The position numbers and the translations under genes are program-made. The notes below the pieces were generated by a model, which worked only from the letters and a program-made list of their open reading frames with translations, did not search any database and was not told where the DNA came from. From positions 594,893 through 658,892 of the forward strand of contig SCUL01000002.1 in NCBI GenBank assembly GCA_004297205.1: DNA of 64,000 nt, read 5' to 3'. Numbering within the stretch: the first letter of the stretch is position 1; every line of letters begins with the position of its first letter. This document shows, one piece after another, positions 28,681 through 35,994 of this stretch. Source of the DNA: Patescibacteria group bacterium (GTDB taxonomy: Bacteria > Patescibacteriota > Patescibacteriia > 2-12-FULL-57-11).

Positions 28681-30240
28681 TCATTCCACGCGCATGCGGT
28701 ACTGGAGCGCTTCGGCGACATGCGCGGAGGCCACGCCGCCACTTCCCGAGAGATCGGCGATGGTACGGGCCACTTTGAGCACCCGGCTCCAGGCGCGCGC
28801 CGAGAGTTTGAGCCGTTCCACCGCCGCGGCGATCAGCCTCTTGCCGTCGGCGTCGAGCGCGCAGTGCAGCTTGGCCTGGCGCGAGGTCATTTCGCTGTTG
28901 GTGACGATGGGGGTGCCGACAAAGCGCGCGGTTTGGACGGCACGTGCCGCCTCGACCCGGGCACGGACCGCGGAGGACGGTTCGGCGTCCGTCTCAGCCG
29001 CGAGTTTTTCAATCGGCATGCGCGGCACCTCGACGTGCAGGTCGATGCGGTCGAGGAGCGGGCCGCTGACTTTGCGGCGGTAGCGGTCGACCATGGTAGC
29101 CGGACAATCGCAGCGACCCGAAGGGTCGCCGTGCCAGCCGCACGGACAGGGGTTTTGTGCGGCAACGAGCAGGAAGCGCGCCGGAAAACGCAACGTGCCG
29201 GCGGCCCGCGAAACGGTCACTGAACCGTCTTCGAGCGGTTGGCGCAGCGCTTCGAGCGCCGTGCGGTTGAATTCGGGGAATTCGTCGAGGAAGAGCACGC
29301 CGCGATGGGCGAGCGAGACTTCTCCGGGCCGGGGCGTGCTGCCGCCGCCCACGAGTGCCGCGCCGCTCGCGGTGTGGTGCGGCGAGCGGAACGGGCGACG
29401 GGAGAGCAATGCGGCGTCCGGCGGCAGGGTGCCTGCAACGCCGTGGATCTGCGTCGCCTCGAGCGCCTCCGGCAGAGTGAAGGCCGGTAGGATGCCGGGG
29501 ATGGCGCGGGCCAACAGCGTTTTGCCTGAGCCGGGCGGGCCGGACAACAGGACGTTGTGGCCGCCGGCCGCGGCGATTTCGAGGGCGCGCTTGGCATGTT
29601 CCTGGCCGCGGATGTGCGCGAAGTCGTCTTCACCCGCATGATCAGGCGCATGCGGCACGGCTGCAGAGACCGTTGCCGGGGGGATGGGCGTCTTCCCGGT
29701 CAGATGCGCGGCCAGGCTGCGCAAATCACGTACCGGAATCACGGCGGGTCCGGCCACCAACGCCGCCTGGCCGGCATTCGCTTCAGGAACGAAAAGGGTT
29801 TTGATGCCGGCCGTGGCGGCGAGCCGCGCGATCGCCAATGCGCCGGGCACCGGCCGGACCATGCCGTCGAGCGCAAGCTCGCCGACGAACAGGGCCGGTT
29901 CGCGGGCGGCCGGCAGCACGCCGGCGGATTCCAGGAGCGCCACGGCGATCGGCACGTCGAACCCCGGCCCCTCCTTTTTGAGGTCGGCCGGGGCGAGATT
30001 CACGGTCAGCCGGGTGCGCGGAAAGCCCAAGTCGGCATTCCTGAGCGCCGCCCGGACGCGTTCCCGGGATTCCTGAACCGAGGCGTCCGGAAGTCCGACC
30101 ACCGTGAAGTTCGGCAGTCCTTGCGCAATATCGGCTTCGACTTCGACGAGCGCTGCGTCCACGCCAACCAGCGCGGCGGAGAGAATGCGGGAGGACATGC
30201 AGGAAGCGTACCGCAGACCGCGCGTCGTCGGTTTTGTCAA
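28681..30240 (-). CDS. YifB/ComM family Mg-chelatase-like AAA+ ATPase
   Basis: N-terminal Lon-protease-like domain (AALVGVDAALVEVEADI). AAA+ Walker A LLSGPPGSGKT and Walker B VLFLDEFPEF. C-terminal ChlI domain. Confidence 0.9.
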   Translation of the reverse strand: MTKPTTRGLRYASCMSSRILSAALVGVDAALVEVEADIAQGLPNFTVVGLPDASVQESRERVRAALRNADLGFPRTRLTVNLAPADLKKEGPGFDVPIAVALLESAGVLPAAREPALFVGELALDGMVRPVPGALAIARLAATAGIKTLFVPEANAGQAALVAGPAVIPVRDLRSLAAHLTGKTPIPPATVSAAVPHAPDHAGEDDFAHIRGQEHAKRALEIAAAGGHNVLLSGPPGSGKTLLARAIPGILPAFTLPEALEATQIHGVAGTLPPDAALLSRRPFRSPHHTASGAALVGGGSTPRPGEVSLAHRGVLFLDEFPEFNRTALEALRQPLEDGSVTVSRAAGTLRFPARFLLVAAQNPCPCGWHGDPSGRCDCPATMVDRYRRKVSGPLLDRIDLHVEVPRMPIEKLAAETDAEPSSAVRARVEAARAVQTARFVGTPIVTNSEMTSRQAKLHCALDADGKRLIAAAVERLKLSARAWSRVLKVARTIADLSGSGGVASAHVAEALQYRMRVE

Positions 30241-30294
30241 GACCCGCAGCCTCCGCCGGCCTCATGTATACTGTAAACGAGTCATTCATCTCTT

Positions 30295-30411
30295 ATGGCC
30301 ACCATGCGCAATGAATTCTCGAACGGCGTCATGGCTGCGATCCTGATCGTGGTGTCGGTCATTGCCGTTCTCGAGGCGATCGCCATCGGCATCCTGGTCG
30401 GCGCCGGCTAG
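30295..30411 (+). CDS. Possible 38-aa hydrophobic peptide (MATMRNEFSNGVMAAILIVVSVIAVLEAIAIGILVGAG)
   Basis: Short ORF not in the track, with a single predicted TM helix. A TATACT -10-like hexamer lies 20 bp upstream. No SD. Confidence 0.25.
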   Translation: MATMRNEFSNGVMAAILIVVSVIAVLEAIAIGILVGAG

Positions 30412-30472
30412 AAGGCCGCAGCAGCGGGTTTGCTTATCTGCTACACTGATCCCGTCATTCCCCCTTTCACCT

Positions 30473-31228
30473 ATGCGCGCTTCACCGCTTATCGCCACGT
30501 TGCTCGGTCTCACGCTTTTGGGCGCCGGATGTGCCGCTCCGGCCGCACCGGGGGCCTCCGGTGGAGCCTCCGGGTCTGGCTCCGTCGCCACCCGCGGCGG
30601 CGGTGCCTGCGACAACGCGTACTTTCCCTCCGCACAGGGGACGAAGCTGGAATATGCCACGGCGGTCTCCGGGAGCAGCGGCAGCTACAGCATCGAGGTG
30701 CAGGAACGTTCTGCAACGAACCTGAAGCTGCTCTACACCTTTTCGACCACGGCTTCCGGCGGCGGTTCGCTGTCCTTCACGCAGGACGTCCGCTGTGACG
30801 ACGGCGCGCTCTCCGCATTGAGCTATGCCGACATCGGCAGCGCGGTCACGGGCGGTCGGGTGAGCGCCAGGACCACGCGCTCCAGCGGTCTGCTCATGCC
30901 GCGCGACATCAGCGTGGGCACGACGTGGACCTCGAGTTTCGACATCGAAGCCACGATCACCCTGCCGGGAACGTTGGGGTCGCGGACGGTCAGCAGCACC
31001 ATCAACAATGAAAGCCGCGTGGTTGGCCAGGAAAGCGTGACCGTGCCCGCGGGCACCTACCAGGCGTTCAAAGTCGAGTCGACGCTGACCACGCAGAGCG
31101 GGCCGATCAGCGGCATCGCCATTCCGCCGCAGACCGTGGTATCGACGAGCTGGTTCGTGGAAGGACTCGGCATGGTGAAATCGGTGGCCGGAGGGATGAG
31201 CACGCAACTCGTGCGCGTGACGCAATAA
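30473..31228 (+). CDS. Secreted lipoprotein, hypothetical
   Basis: Signal peptide MRASPLIATLLGLTLLGAGC with lipobox LGAGC. Ser/Thr/Gly-rich mature region. Confidence 0.6.
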   Translation: MRASPLIATLLGLTLLGAGCAAPAAPGASGGASGSGSVATRGGGACDNAYFPSAQGTKLEYATAVSGSSGSYSIEVQERSATNLKLLYTFSTTASGGGSLSFTQDVRCDDGALSALSYADIGSAVTGGRVSARTTRSSGLLMPRDISVGTTWTSSFDIEATITLPGTLGSRTVSSTINNESRVVGQESVTVPAGTYQAFKVESTLTTQSGPISGIAIPPQTVVSTSWFVEGLGMVKSVAGGMSTQLVRVTQ

Positions 31229-31239
31229 GCGTCCATGTG

Positions 31240-31272
31240 AAACACCCCCGCCGAGGCGGGGGTGTTTTTGTT
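31240..31272. terminator. Bidirectional terminator between the lipoprotein gene and the nuclease gene
   Basis: Hairpin CACCCCCGCC-GAG-GCGGGGGTG flanked by AAA and TTTTTGTTT. Confidence 0.7.
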
Positions 31273-31860
31273 TCAGGTCCGGCCGGCGCAGGTGTCGGGG
31301 TTCCAGAGCCCTTTTTCTGACAGGCGGGCGGCGCGTTCGGCATCGCGGAGGATTTCCTGGTATCTGCCGGCGCGTTCGTAGGTGTATTCATGGGCGTAGC
31401 CCTCGGCGACGAGCCTTAAGTTCACATGCGTACCGTCCTCGAGGAACACATGGCGCAGGAGGCGGCCGTAGCGGTCGCGGTCATCCTGGGTCGGGTCGGC
31501 TTCGAGTCGCACCGTTTTGCCGAGCAGCAGCCCCTTGGCAAAGGCCGAGGCCTCTTTGCCGAAACATTCCACGGGCCGGCGCGGATCAACGGACTCCGGC
31601 GTGTTGATGCCGAGCAGACGGATGCGGACTTCTTCGCCTGAGGCAATGACGTCGATGGTGTCGCCGTCAACGACCTTGGAGACGGTCCAAGGAGTGCCGG
31701 TTGCGGCGTCAGCACCGGAGATCGCCACCGGAGCGGCCTCCCTGGGCGCGCGCAGGGCGTCCGGCAGCGTCAGGCTGAGGATAAGGACCGCGATGATGAC
31801 GGCCGCACCCTGGAGTGTCCGAAGGCGGCGCAGCAGGGAGTGGTGGGCGTCGTGAGGCAT
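31273..31860 (-). CDS. Thermonuclease (SNase-like) family secreted nuclease
   Basis: VVDGDTIDV...RIRLLGINTPE...GKTVRLE...D.YGR.L..V pattern of staphylococcal-nuclease homologues; N-terminal TM/signal. Confidence 0.8.
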   Translation of the reverse strand: MPHDAHHSLLRRLRTLQGAAVIIAVLILSLTLPDALRAPREAAPVAISGADAATGTPWTVSKVVDGDTIDVIASGEEVRIRLLGINTPESVDPRRPVECFGKEASAFAKGLLLGKTVRLEADPTQDDRDRYGRLLRHVFLEDGTHVNLRLVAEGYAHEYTYERAGRYQEILRDAERAARLSEKGLWNPDTCAGRT

Positions 31861-31866
31861 AGCGTC

Positions 31867-32295
31867 TCAGGCGGACGGCGCAGCCGGTTCCGATGTGGGG
31901 CGAAGCAGAAAAAGAAGCAGTCCTGCCACGATCATGCCGTCCGCCAGGTTCACGAGCGACCACGGGCCGATGCGGATGTAGTCGAACGTGACGCCGAAGA
32001 AGACGCGGTCGATGGCATTCGAGAGTCCGCCGGCGGCCACCAGCAAGGCGCCCAGGTTGCCGCGGCGCACACCGAGCGCGCCAAAACCCAGTGCCAACGC
32101 CAGCGATCCCAAGGTCAGCACCAGACCGGGCACGGGGATGCCAAAGGCGATGCCGGGATTTTGGAACGGCTCGAACCCCAGCAGGCCGGGAACCAAGAAC
32201 ACCCCCTGGCTGGGCAGGAGGTGCTGGGAGTACCACTTGAGCGCCTGATCGACGCCGATCAGGACGATCGGGAGGATGTACGCGCTGCGGCGCAT
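31867..32295 (-). CDS. lspA: Lipoprotein signal peptidase II
   Basis: 142 aa, four TM helices; conserved NPGIAFG and VNLADG...D blocks. Confidence 0.85.
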   Translation of the reverse strand: MRRSAYILPIVLIGVDQALKWYSQHLLPSQGVFLVPGLLGFEPFQNPGIAFGIPVPGLVLTLGSLALALGFGALGVRRGNLGALLVAAGGLSNAIDRVFFGVTFDYIRIGPWSLVNLADGMIVAGLLLFLLRPTSEPAAPSA

Positions 32296-32667
32296 TTATG
32301 CTTCTTGCGTGAGCCGTTTCTTGCACTCAATGCAGGCGGAGGAGGTCGGACGGGCCAGGAGCCGCTTGGCGTCGATTTCCTTACCGCAGTATTTGCAGAC
32401 GCCGTAGGTTCCCTTGGTGATGCGCTCCAGGGTCTTTTTGACGTCGCGCAGCGCCGCTTCGAGGGTCCGCTCCAGGGTCAGATTGGTGGAGTAGGTTTCG
32501 ACTTCCGCGGCATTCTCATCTTCTTTGTCGCCAATCTGCGGGAACTCAGCGTTGAAATCGTCCTTGTTCTTTGGATTACGGTGCGTGAAGGCAGCGAGCT
32601 GGCCTTCCAGCTGCACCTTTTCCGCTTCCAGCTTGGTTTCGATCTCTTTTAGGGTCTTTTTGTCCAT
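32296..32667 (-). CDS. DksA/TraR-family C4 zinc-finger protein
   Basis: C-terminal CKYCGKEI...CIEC four-Cys finger and an N-terminal coiled coil. Start at MDKKTLKEI. Confidence 0.75.
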   Translation of the reverse strand: MDKKTLKEIETKLEAEKVQLEGQLAAFTHRNPKNKDDFNAEFPQIGDKEDENAAEVETYSTNLTLERTLEAALRDVKKTLERITKGTYGVCKYCGKEIDAKRLLARPTSSACIECKKRLTQEA

Positions 32668-32721
32668 AAGGGGTGGCACAAAGCCGGAAACACCCGGATT
32701 CCCCAAAGAATACCGTGTTAT

Positions 32722-32787
32722 CGGAAAAAAAAGAAGAGGCGCAGATAGTTGGCCATACATAGAAATGGATGTGCCTCACTGCGCCTC
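32722..32787 (-). terminator. Extended hairpin plus U8 tract on the minus strand, 55-120 nt upstream of the dksA-like start codon
   Basis: Stem GAGGCGCAG...CTGCGCCTC (9 bp, long loop) followed on the minus strand by TTCTTTTTTTTCC. Confidence 0.45.
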
Positions 32788-33108
32788 GCGGCGCTGCGCC
32801 GGGGATGACTCCCCGGGGCCAGGGATCCATGTATTGGATCTCTCGCCTAGGGGAGTAATACCACAAGCATTGCAGTGCCAGGTCCATCTCCTCAACCGCC
32901 CTGAGGGCTGTTCGACCCCTCGACCCACGCGTAACCGTGAAGTCATAGTGAGGGGAAGCCACTCAACAGTTTCCTTTTCTTTTTGTTTCAAAGGGAACGG
33001 GAGAGCAGTAGAGGAGAGAGAAATACGCCCCTCCGGACGAGGAACATCTCTCTACAGGACCGCTATCGCTTTCAAGGAACGATGGTACCTTTCTGAGGGT
33101 ACGAACAC

Positions 33109-33137
33109 ATAGTATCAAAAAAGTGTTCGATTGTCAA
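33109..33137 (-). promoter_or_regulatory. Near-consensus sigma70-type promoter on the minus strand (TTGACA-17-TACTAT)
   Basis: -35 TTGACA at 33132-33137 and -10 TACTAT at 33109-33114 with a 17-bp spacer; directs transcription toward the terminator at 32722-32787 and the dksA-lspA operon. Confidence 0.55.
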
Positions 33138-33210
33138 CTCTGCTGGGTTGAGACAAAAAGGTGCCAAATGAGGCACGAACATCACGTTTCAACACCAGTT
33201 CTCAATACAA

Positions 33211-33275
33211 TGTGGATAAGTCTGTGGATGAAGTGGCAAAATTGGGGATAAGACCGTGGAAAAAATGTGGTTACC
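33211..33275. promoter_or_regulatory. Cluster of DnaA-box-like 9-mers in an AT-rich island
   Basis: TGTGGATAA (perfect DnaA box) at 33211, TGTGGATGA at 33224, GGGGATAAG at 33244, TGTGGTTAC at 33267. Confidence 0.45.
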
Positions 33276-34143
33276 CAAGGATTCCGCAGAAATTTCGATA
33301 TGTATCGGTGATTCCATCGATGGGGATGGAGGATCGGGGTCGCGGAGCGACGAGTGGCAGGACAAACCCTGGCATGGGAGCGCGGAAGGTCTTCCAGCGG
33401 CTTTCAAGGCGGACTGGAACCGCCGCCGGAACCCCGTTCAGGCAGAAGCTGCGCCCGGCAGGGAAGCGTGCCGAGATCTGGACCAGCCACTCCACCGGAA
33501 AGGTGGTGATTTCGAGATTTTCATTGTCTTCCCGGAGGGCGAGGGGGAGCGACGAGGTGGCACTCCCGAACAAGAGCCAATCCGTGCCGGGAACGCGGCT
33601 GAGCTGGGCTTCGGCTGCCTCCGGGTCGGCAACAAGCTCGTAGGCGCGCCGACCATCCGGGAGCTCGTAGGCGACCTCCTGAGGAAAAGCCCGCCCCAAA
33701 GAAGGCAGAAGGGCCTTCCGGCTCTGGCCGCTGAGCGTCAGGACGAACTGGGCGGTGCCGCTCACGTGCGGTCCGTACATCGTCAACCTGCCGCCGTGCT
33801 CAGCCTTCAGGGCGGCGGCCAGTTCAGGGTGATGGCTGGCGAAGACCCGGACGGAGCCGGCCTCCGCCGGAAACAACGGCTCCAGGATGTCTGCGGCGTT
33901 CAGGAGCGTCGCCCCAGGCGGAAGCGTGACGGCGACGCGGGCGCCGCCCGTGAATTCATCCGTGGGAGAGGCGGGAACGGGCAAAAAGGCGAGTCCGACA
34001 CCGATCGCTGCCAGGCCGATTCCTGCTGCCACGGACAGCGTCAGCATGAAGCGCCGGGATTCGTCCGTGAAGGGGAATTGGGCCAAAAACGCCTGCATAT
34101 GGCCCGTAGTGTACGTTCCGGCCGGGTCCCGGGCAATCATCAC
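33271..34143 (-). CDS. Hypothetical membrane-anchored protein (290 aa)
   Basis: N-terminal TM (LTLSVAAGIGLAAIGVGLAFL) then a probable extracytoplasmic domain. The opposite-strand 333-aa ORF is Arg/Gly-rich noise. Confidence 0.5.
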   Translation of the reverse strand: MMIARDPAGTYTTGHMQAFLAQFPFTDESRRFMLTLSVAAGIGLAAIGVGLAFLPVPASPTDEFTGGARVAVTLPPGATLLNAADILEPLFPAEAGSVRVFASHHPELAAALKAEHGGRLTMYGPHVSGTAQFVLTLSGQSRKALLPSLGRAFPQEVAYELPDGRRAYELVADPEAAEAQLSRVPGTDWLLFGSATSSLPLALREDNENLEITTFPVEWLVQISARFPAGRSFCLNGVPAAVPVRLESRWKTFRAPMPGFVLPLVAPRPRSSIPIDGITDTYRNFCGILG

Positions 34144-34178
34144 AAAAAGAAGACCGGGGACGTTTCCGTCACCCGGCG

Positions 34179-34652
34179 TCAGCGCTCGTCGTCCGCCCAG
34201 AACTTCCAGCGATACACGTTGGTGTCCCGCAGCTCGCCCTTGAGCTTGTCGCGATAGACGTGATTGGCTCGCGCGCGGTTCGCGCCACGTCCGCTGGTTA
34301 GCTCCACGAAGGAGAGACCCAGGTTACGCCCCTGCTCGATCAGCCGCTCGACGAGTGTCGTGCCGACGCCGTGTCCCTCATGGCTCGGCAACACCGCGAC
34401 GCCGTCGATAGAGCCGTAACTCTCATAGGGCGTGGTCACCAGGTTCATGGTCGCCATGCCGATGATCGGCGAGCAGCTCTCCTGGCTGATATCCCTGGCC
34501 ACGATCAGCTGGGCGCGGTACATCACCGTGATCAACCTGTCCCGGCTCGTTCGGACATTGCGCTTCGTCAGCGCGGCGATGAGGGCGTTGATGCAGGGCA
34601 GGTCGCCTTCCTGGAGGTCCTGCTGGCCGCGCATCAATTGGTATTCGATCAC
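34179..34652 (-). CDS. GNAT family N-acetyltransferase
   Basis: Motif A VLPSHEGHGVGTTLVERLIEQ (Q/RxxGxG/A). Confidence 0.8.
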   Translation of the reverse strand: MIEYQLMRGQQDLQEGDLPCINALIAALTKRNVRTSRDRLITVMYRAQLIVARDISQESCSPIIGMATMNLVTTPYESYGSIDGVAVLPSHEGHGVGTTLVERLIEQGRNLGLSFVELTSGRGANRARANHVYRDKLKGELRDTNVYRWKFWADDER

Positions 34653-34746
34653 AACTCCTCCCGTGGCAGGTTTCTACGGCATCCTGCACTCCGTGTCAAC
34701 CGTCGACCGGCGCATCTTTTCGTGGTCTTATGGCGCTGGAGGAGTC

Positions 34747-34944
34747 ATGTCCAAGACGTCGTCGATCGGTAGGAGTTGGGGATCGATCCTGAACTCCGCA
34801 ATGAACAGGGTGGCGCTCGTCCTGCTTCTGAGTTTCATGCTCGTGTTCGCGCTGCTGTTCACCGCAGCCCTGGCCATCGGTTCCGCCTGGGAGCTGACGG
34901 GAGGAAATCTCCTCCGCCGCTTCCGCCCCGCCCGCGCGCAGTAA
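34747..34944 (+). CDS. Small membrane protein (65 aa)
   Basis: GGAGGAG RBS 4 nt before the ATG; one TM helix. Followed by a terminator that is repeated after the next gene. Confidence 0.5.
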   Translation: MSKTSSIGRSWGSILNSAMNRVALVLLLSFMLVFALLFTAALAIGSAWELTGGNLLRRFRPARAQ

Positions 34945-34975
34945 CGCTGCTCGCGGCTCTTTTTTATCTTTCGTA
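34935..34975 (+). terminator. Intrinsic terminator, copy 1 of a duplicated ~40-nt module
   Basis: CCGCGCGCAG-TAACG-CTGCTCGCGG hairpin followed by CTCTTTTTTATCT. Confidence 0.6.
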
Positions 34976-35004
34976 GGTATGTTTAGATGCTTGTGGAGGT
35001 GAGC

Positions 35005-35418
35005 ATGGTCTACGTTTTCTGGTTCCTCTACTTCCTCGTTGTCGGCGCATCTTTCGGCTACTGCACCGCCCAGACCTATCGCTATGAGAGGATCAACGGC
35101 TGGTGGCTCTTCGCTTCAGTCATCGTTCCCTCCGCGATAACCCTACAATGTCCCCTCGACTTGTCAGGCCTGAAGGTCGATGCCGCGGTGCTGACCAGTC
35201 AATCGGCCCTGTTCATCGGTGTCCTGGCGGCCATCATTGGTGTGAGGGGAGAATGGTTGCTCCTGAACCATCCGCAGGTGCTGACGTCGATCGTGGTTGC
35301 AGAGAGTTACCGAACGACGAGCAGAAGTTACCCGACGCAGTCGCTGGCGGCGCATCTCCGTCGCGCCGCCTACGAGCGTTTCCCCGTCCTGTTCAAGGAC
35401 GCAGCCCGCGTGCAGTAA
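35005..35418 (+). CDS. Hypothetical polytopic membrane protein (137 aa)
   Basis: GGAGGTG RBS before the ATG at 35005; three or four TM helices. Ends inside the second copy of the repeated terminator. Confidence 0.5.
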   Translation: MVYVFWFLYFLVVGASFGYCTAQTYRYERINGWWLFASVIVPSAITLQCPLDLSGLKVDAAVLTSQSALFIGVLAAIIGVRGEWLLLNHPQVLTSIVVAESYRTTSRSYPTQSLAAHLRRAAYERFPVLFKDAARVQ

Positions 35419-35447
35419 CGCTGCTCGCGGCTCTTTTTTATCTCCGA
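35407..35447 (+). terminator. Intrinsic terminator, copy 2 of the duplicated module
   Basis: Near-identical GCCCGCGTGCAGTAACGCTGCTCGCGGCTCTTTTTTATCT. Confidence 0.6.
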
Positions 35448-35506
35448 GGGTCTTGACAAGCGCTCCCGCCTGTGACGGAGCCGTGCCGGTGATACACTTA
35501 CTGCGT

Positions 35507-35749
35507 ATGAAATCCGACTCGCAAAAACTGGATCAACTCATCCTGACCGTGGTTGAGATGCGGGAATACATGCACACGGAGCTGGCCACCAAACAAGAAG
35601 TCTGTGAACTTCGACAAGAAATGCTCACGAATTTCGACCAGCAAGGCGTCATGTTGCAGCGGCTCGATCACGAGTTCGTGGCTTTGAGAGGAAACTCGGA
35701 TCGACGGCTGACCCGCGTCGAAAAACATCTCGGTTTTTCCGACATCTAA
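35507..35749 (+). CDS. Small coiled-coil protein (80 aa), hypothetical
   Basis: MKSDSQKLDQLILTVVEMREYMHTELATKQEV...; followed by a strong terminator. Confidence 0.45.
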   Translation: MKSDSQKLDQLILTVVEMREYMHTELATKQEVCELRQEMLTNFDQQGVMLQRLDHEFVALRGNSDRRLTRVEKHLGFSDI

Positions 35750-35781
35750 AACACCCCCGCCGGGGCGGGGGTGTTTCTTGA
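35750..35781. terminator. Bidirectional intrinsic terminator
   Basis: CACCCCCGCC-GGG-GCGGGGGTG hairpin with an A-run before and a T-run after. Confidence 0.7.
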
Positions 35782-35787
35782 CGTGGC

Positions 35788-35985
35788 TTATCGCCACAAA
35801 GAAAACAGAAGCCAAAGGAGGATCATGACGCCCATCAAGACGGCGAATCGGACAGAGGTCCGACTGCCACGTCGGGCAACCTCGATTCCTTCAGCCTGTT
35901 TCTCCCGTGCGAGCGCATACTGCTCGCCCAGTTTTTTTATCTCATCACGAATCTCCTGCAGCAACGTGATGGCGCGCTCATCCAT
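35788..35985 (-). CDS. Small C-tail-anchored membrane protein (65 aa) in an operon with pnp
   Basis: ATG 9 nt after the pnp stop. Amphipathic N-terminus plus C-terminal TM (FAVLMGVMILLWLLFSLW). Confidence 0.45.
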   Translation of the reverse strand: MDERAITLLQEIRDEIKKLGEQYALAREKQAEGIEVARRGSRTSVRFAVLMGVMILLWLLFSLWR

Positions 35986-35994
35986 ATGTTTCTG

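Noticed and set aside
32700-33110. RNase P RNA, tmRNA, SRP RNA or 6S RNA in the ~390-nt promoter-to-terminator interval
   Set aside because: By eye, none of the universally conserved signature motifs is present (GGAAAGUCCGG / ACAGAACCCGGCUUA for RNase P; a tRNA-like 3' end with CCA for tmRNA; GGAAGCAGCC for SRP). The identity is left open.
33161-34257. Plus-strand ORFs 33161..33643 and 33256..34257
   Set aside because: They are Arg/Gly-rich and lack motifs. They overlap a compositionally normal minus-strand gene and the DnaA-box region.
34935-35447. Repeated 40-nt sequence, considered as a possible CRISPR or REP element
   Set aside because: There are only two copies, each a canonical hairpin plus T-tract at a gene 3' end, with no regular repeat-spacer periodicity. 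They are interpreted as duplicated intrinsic terminators.
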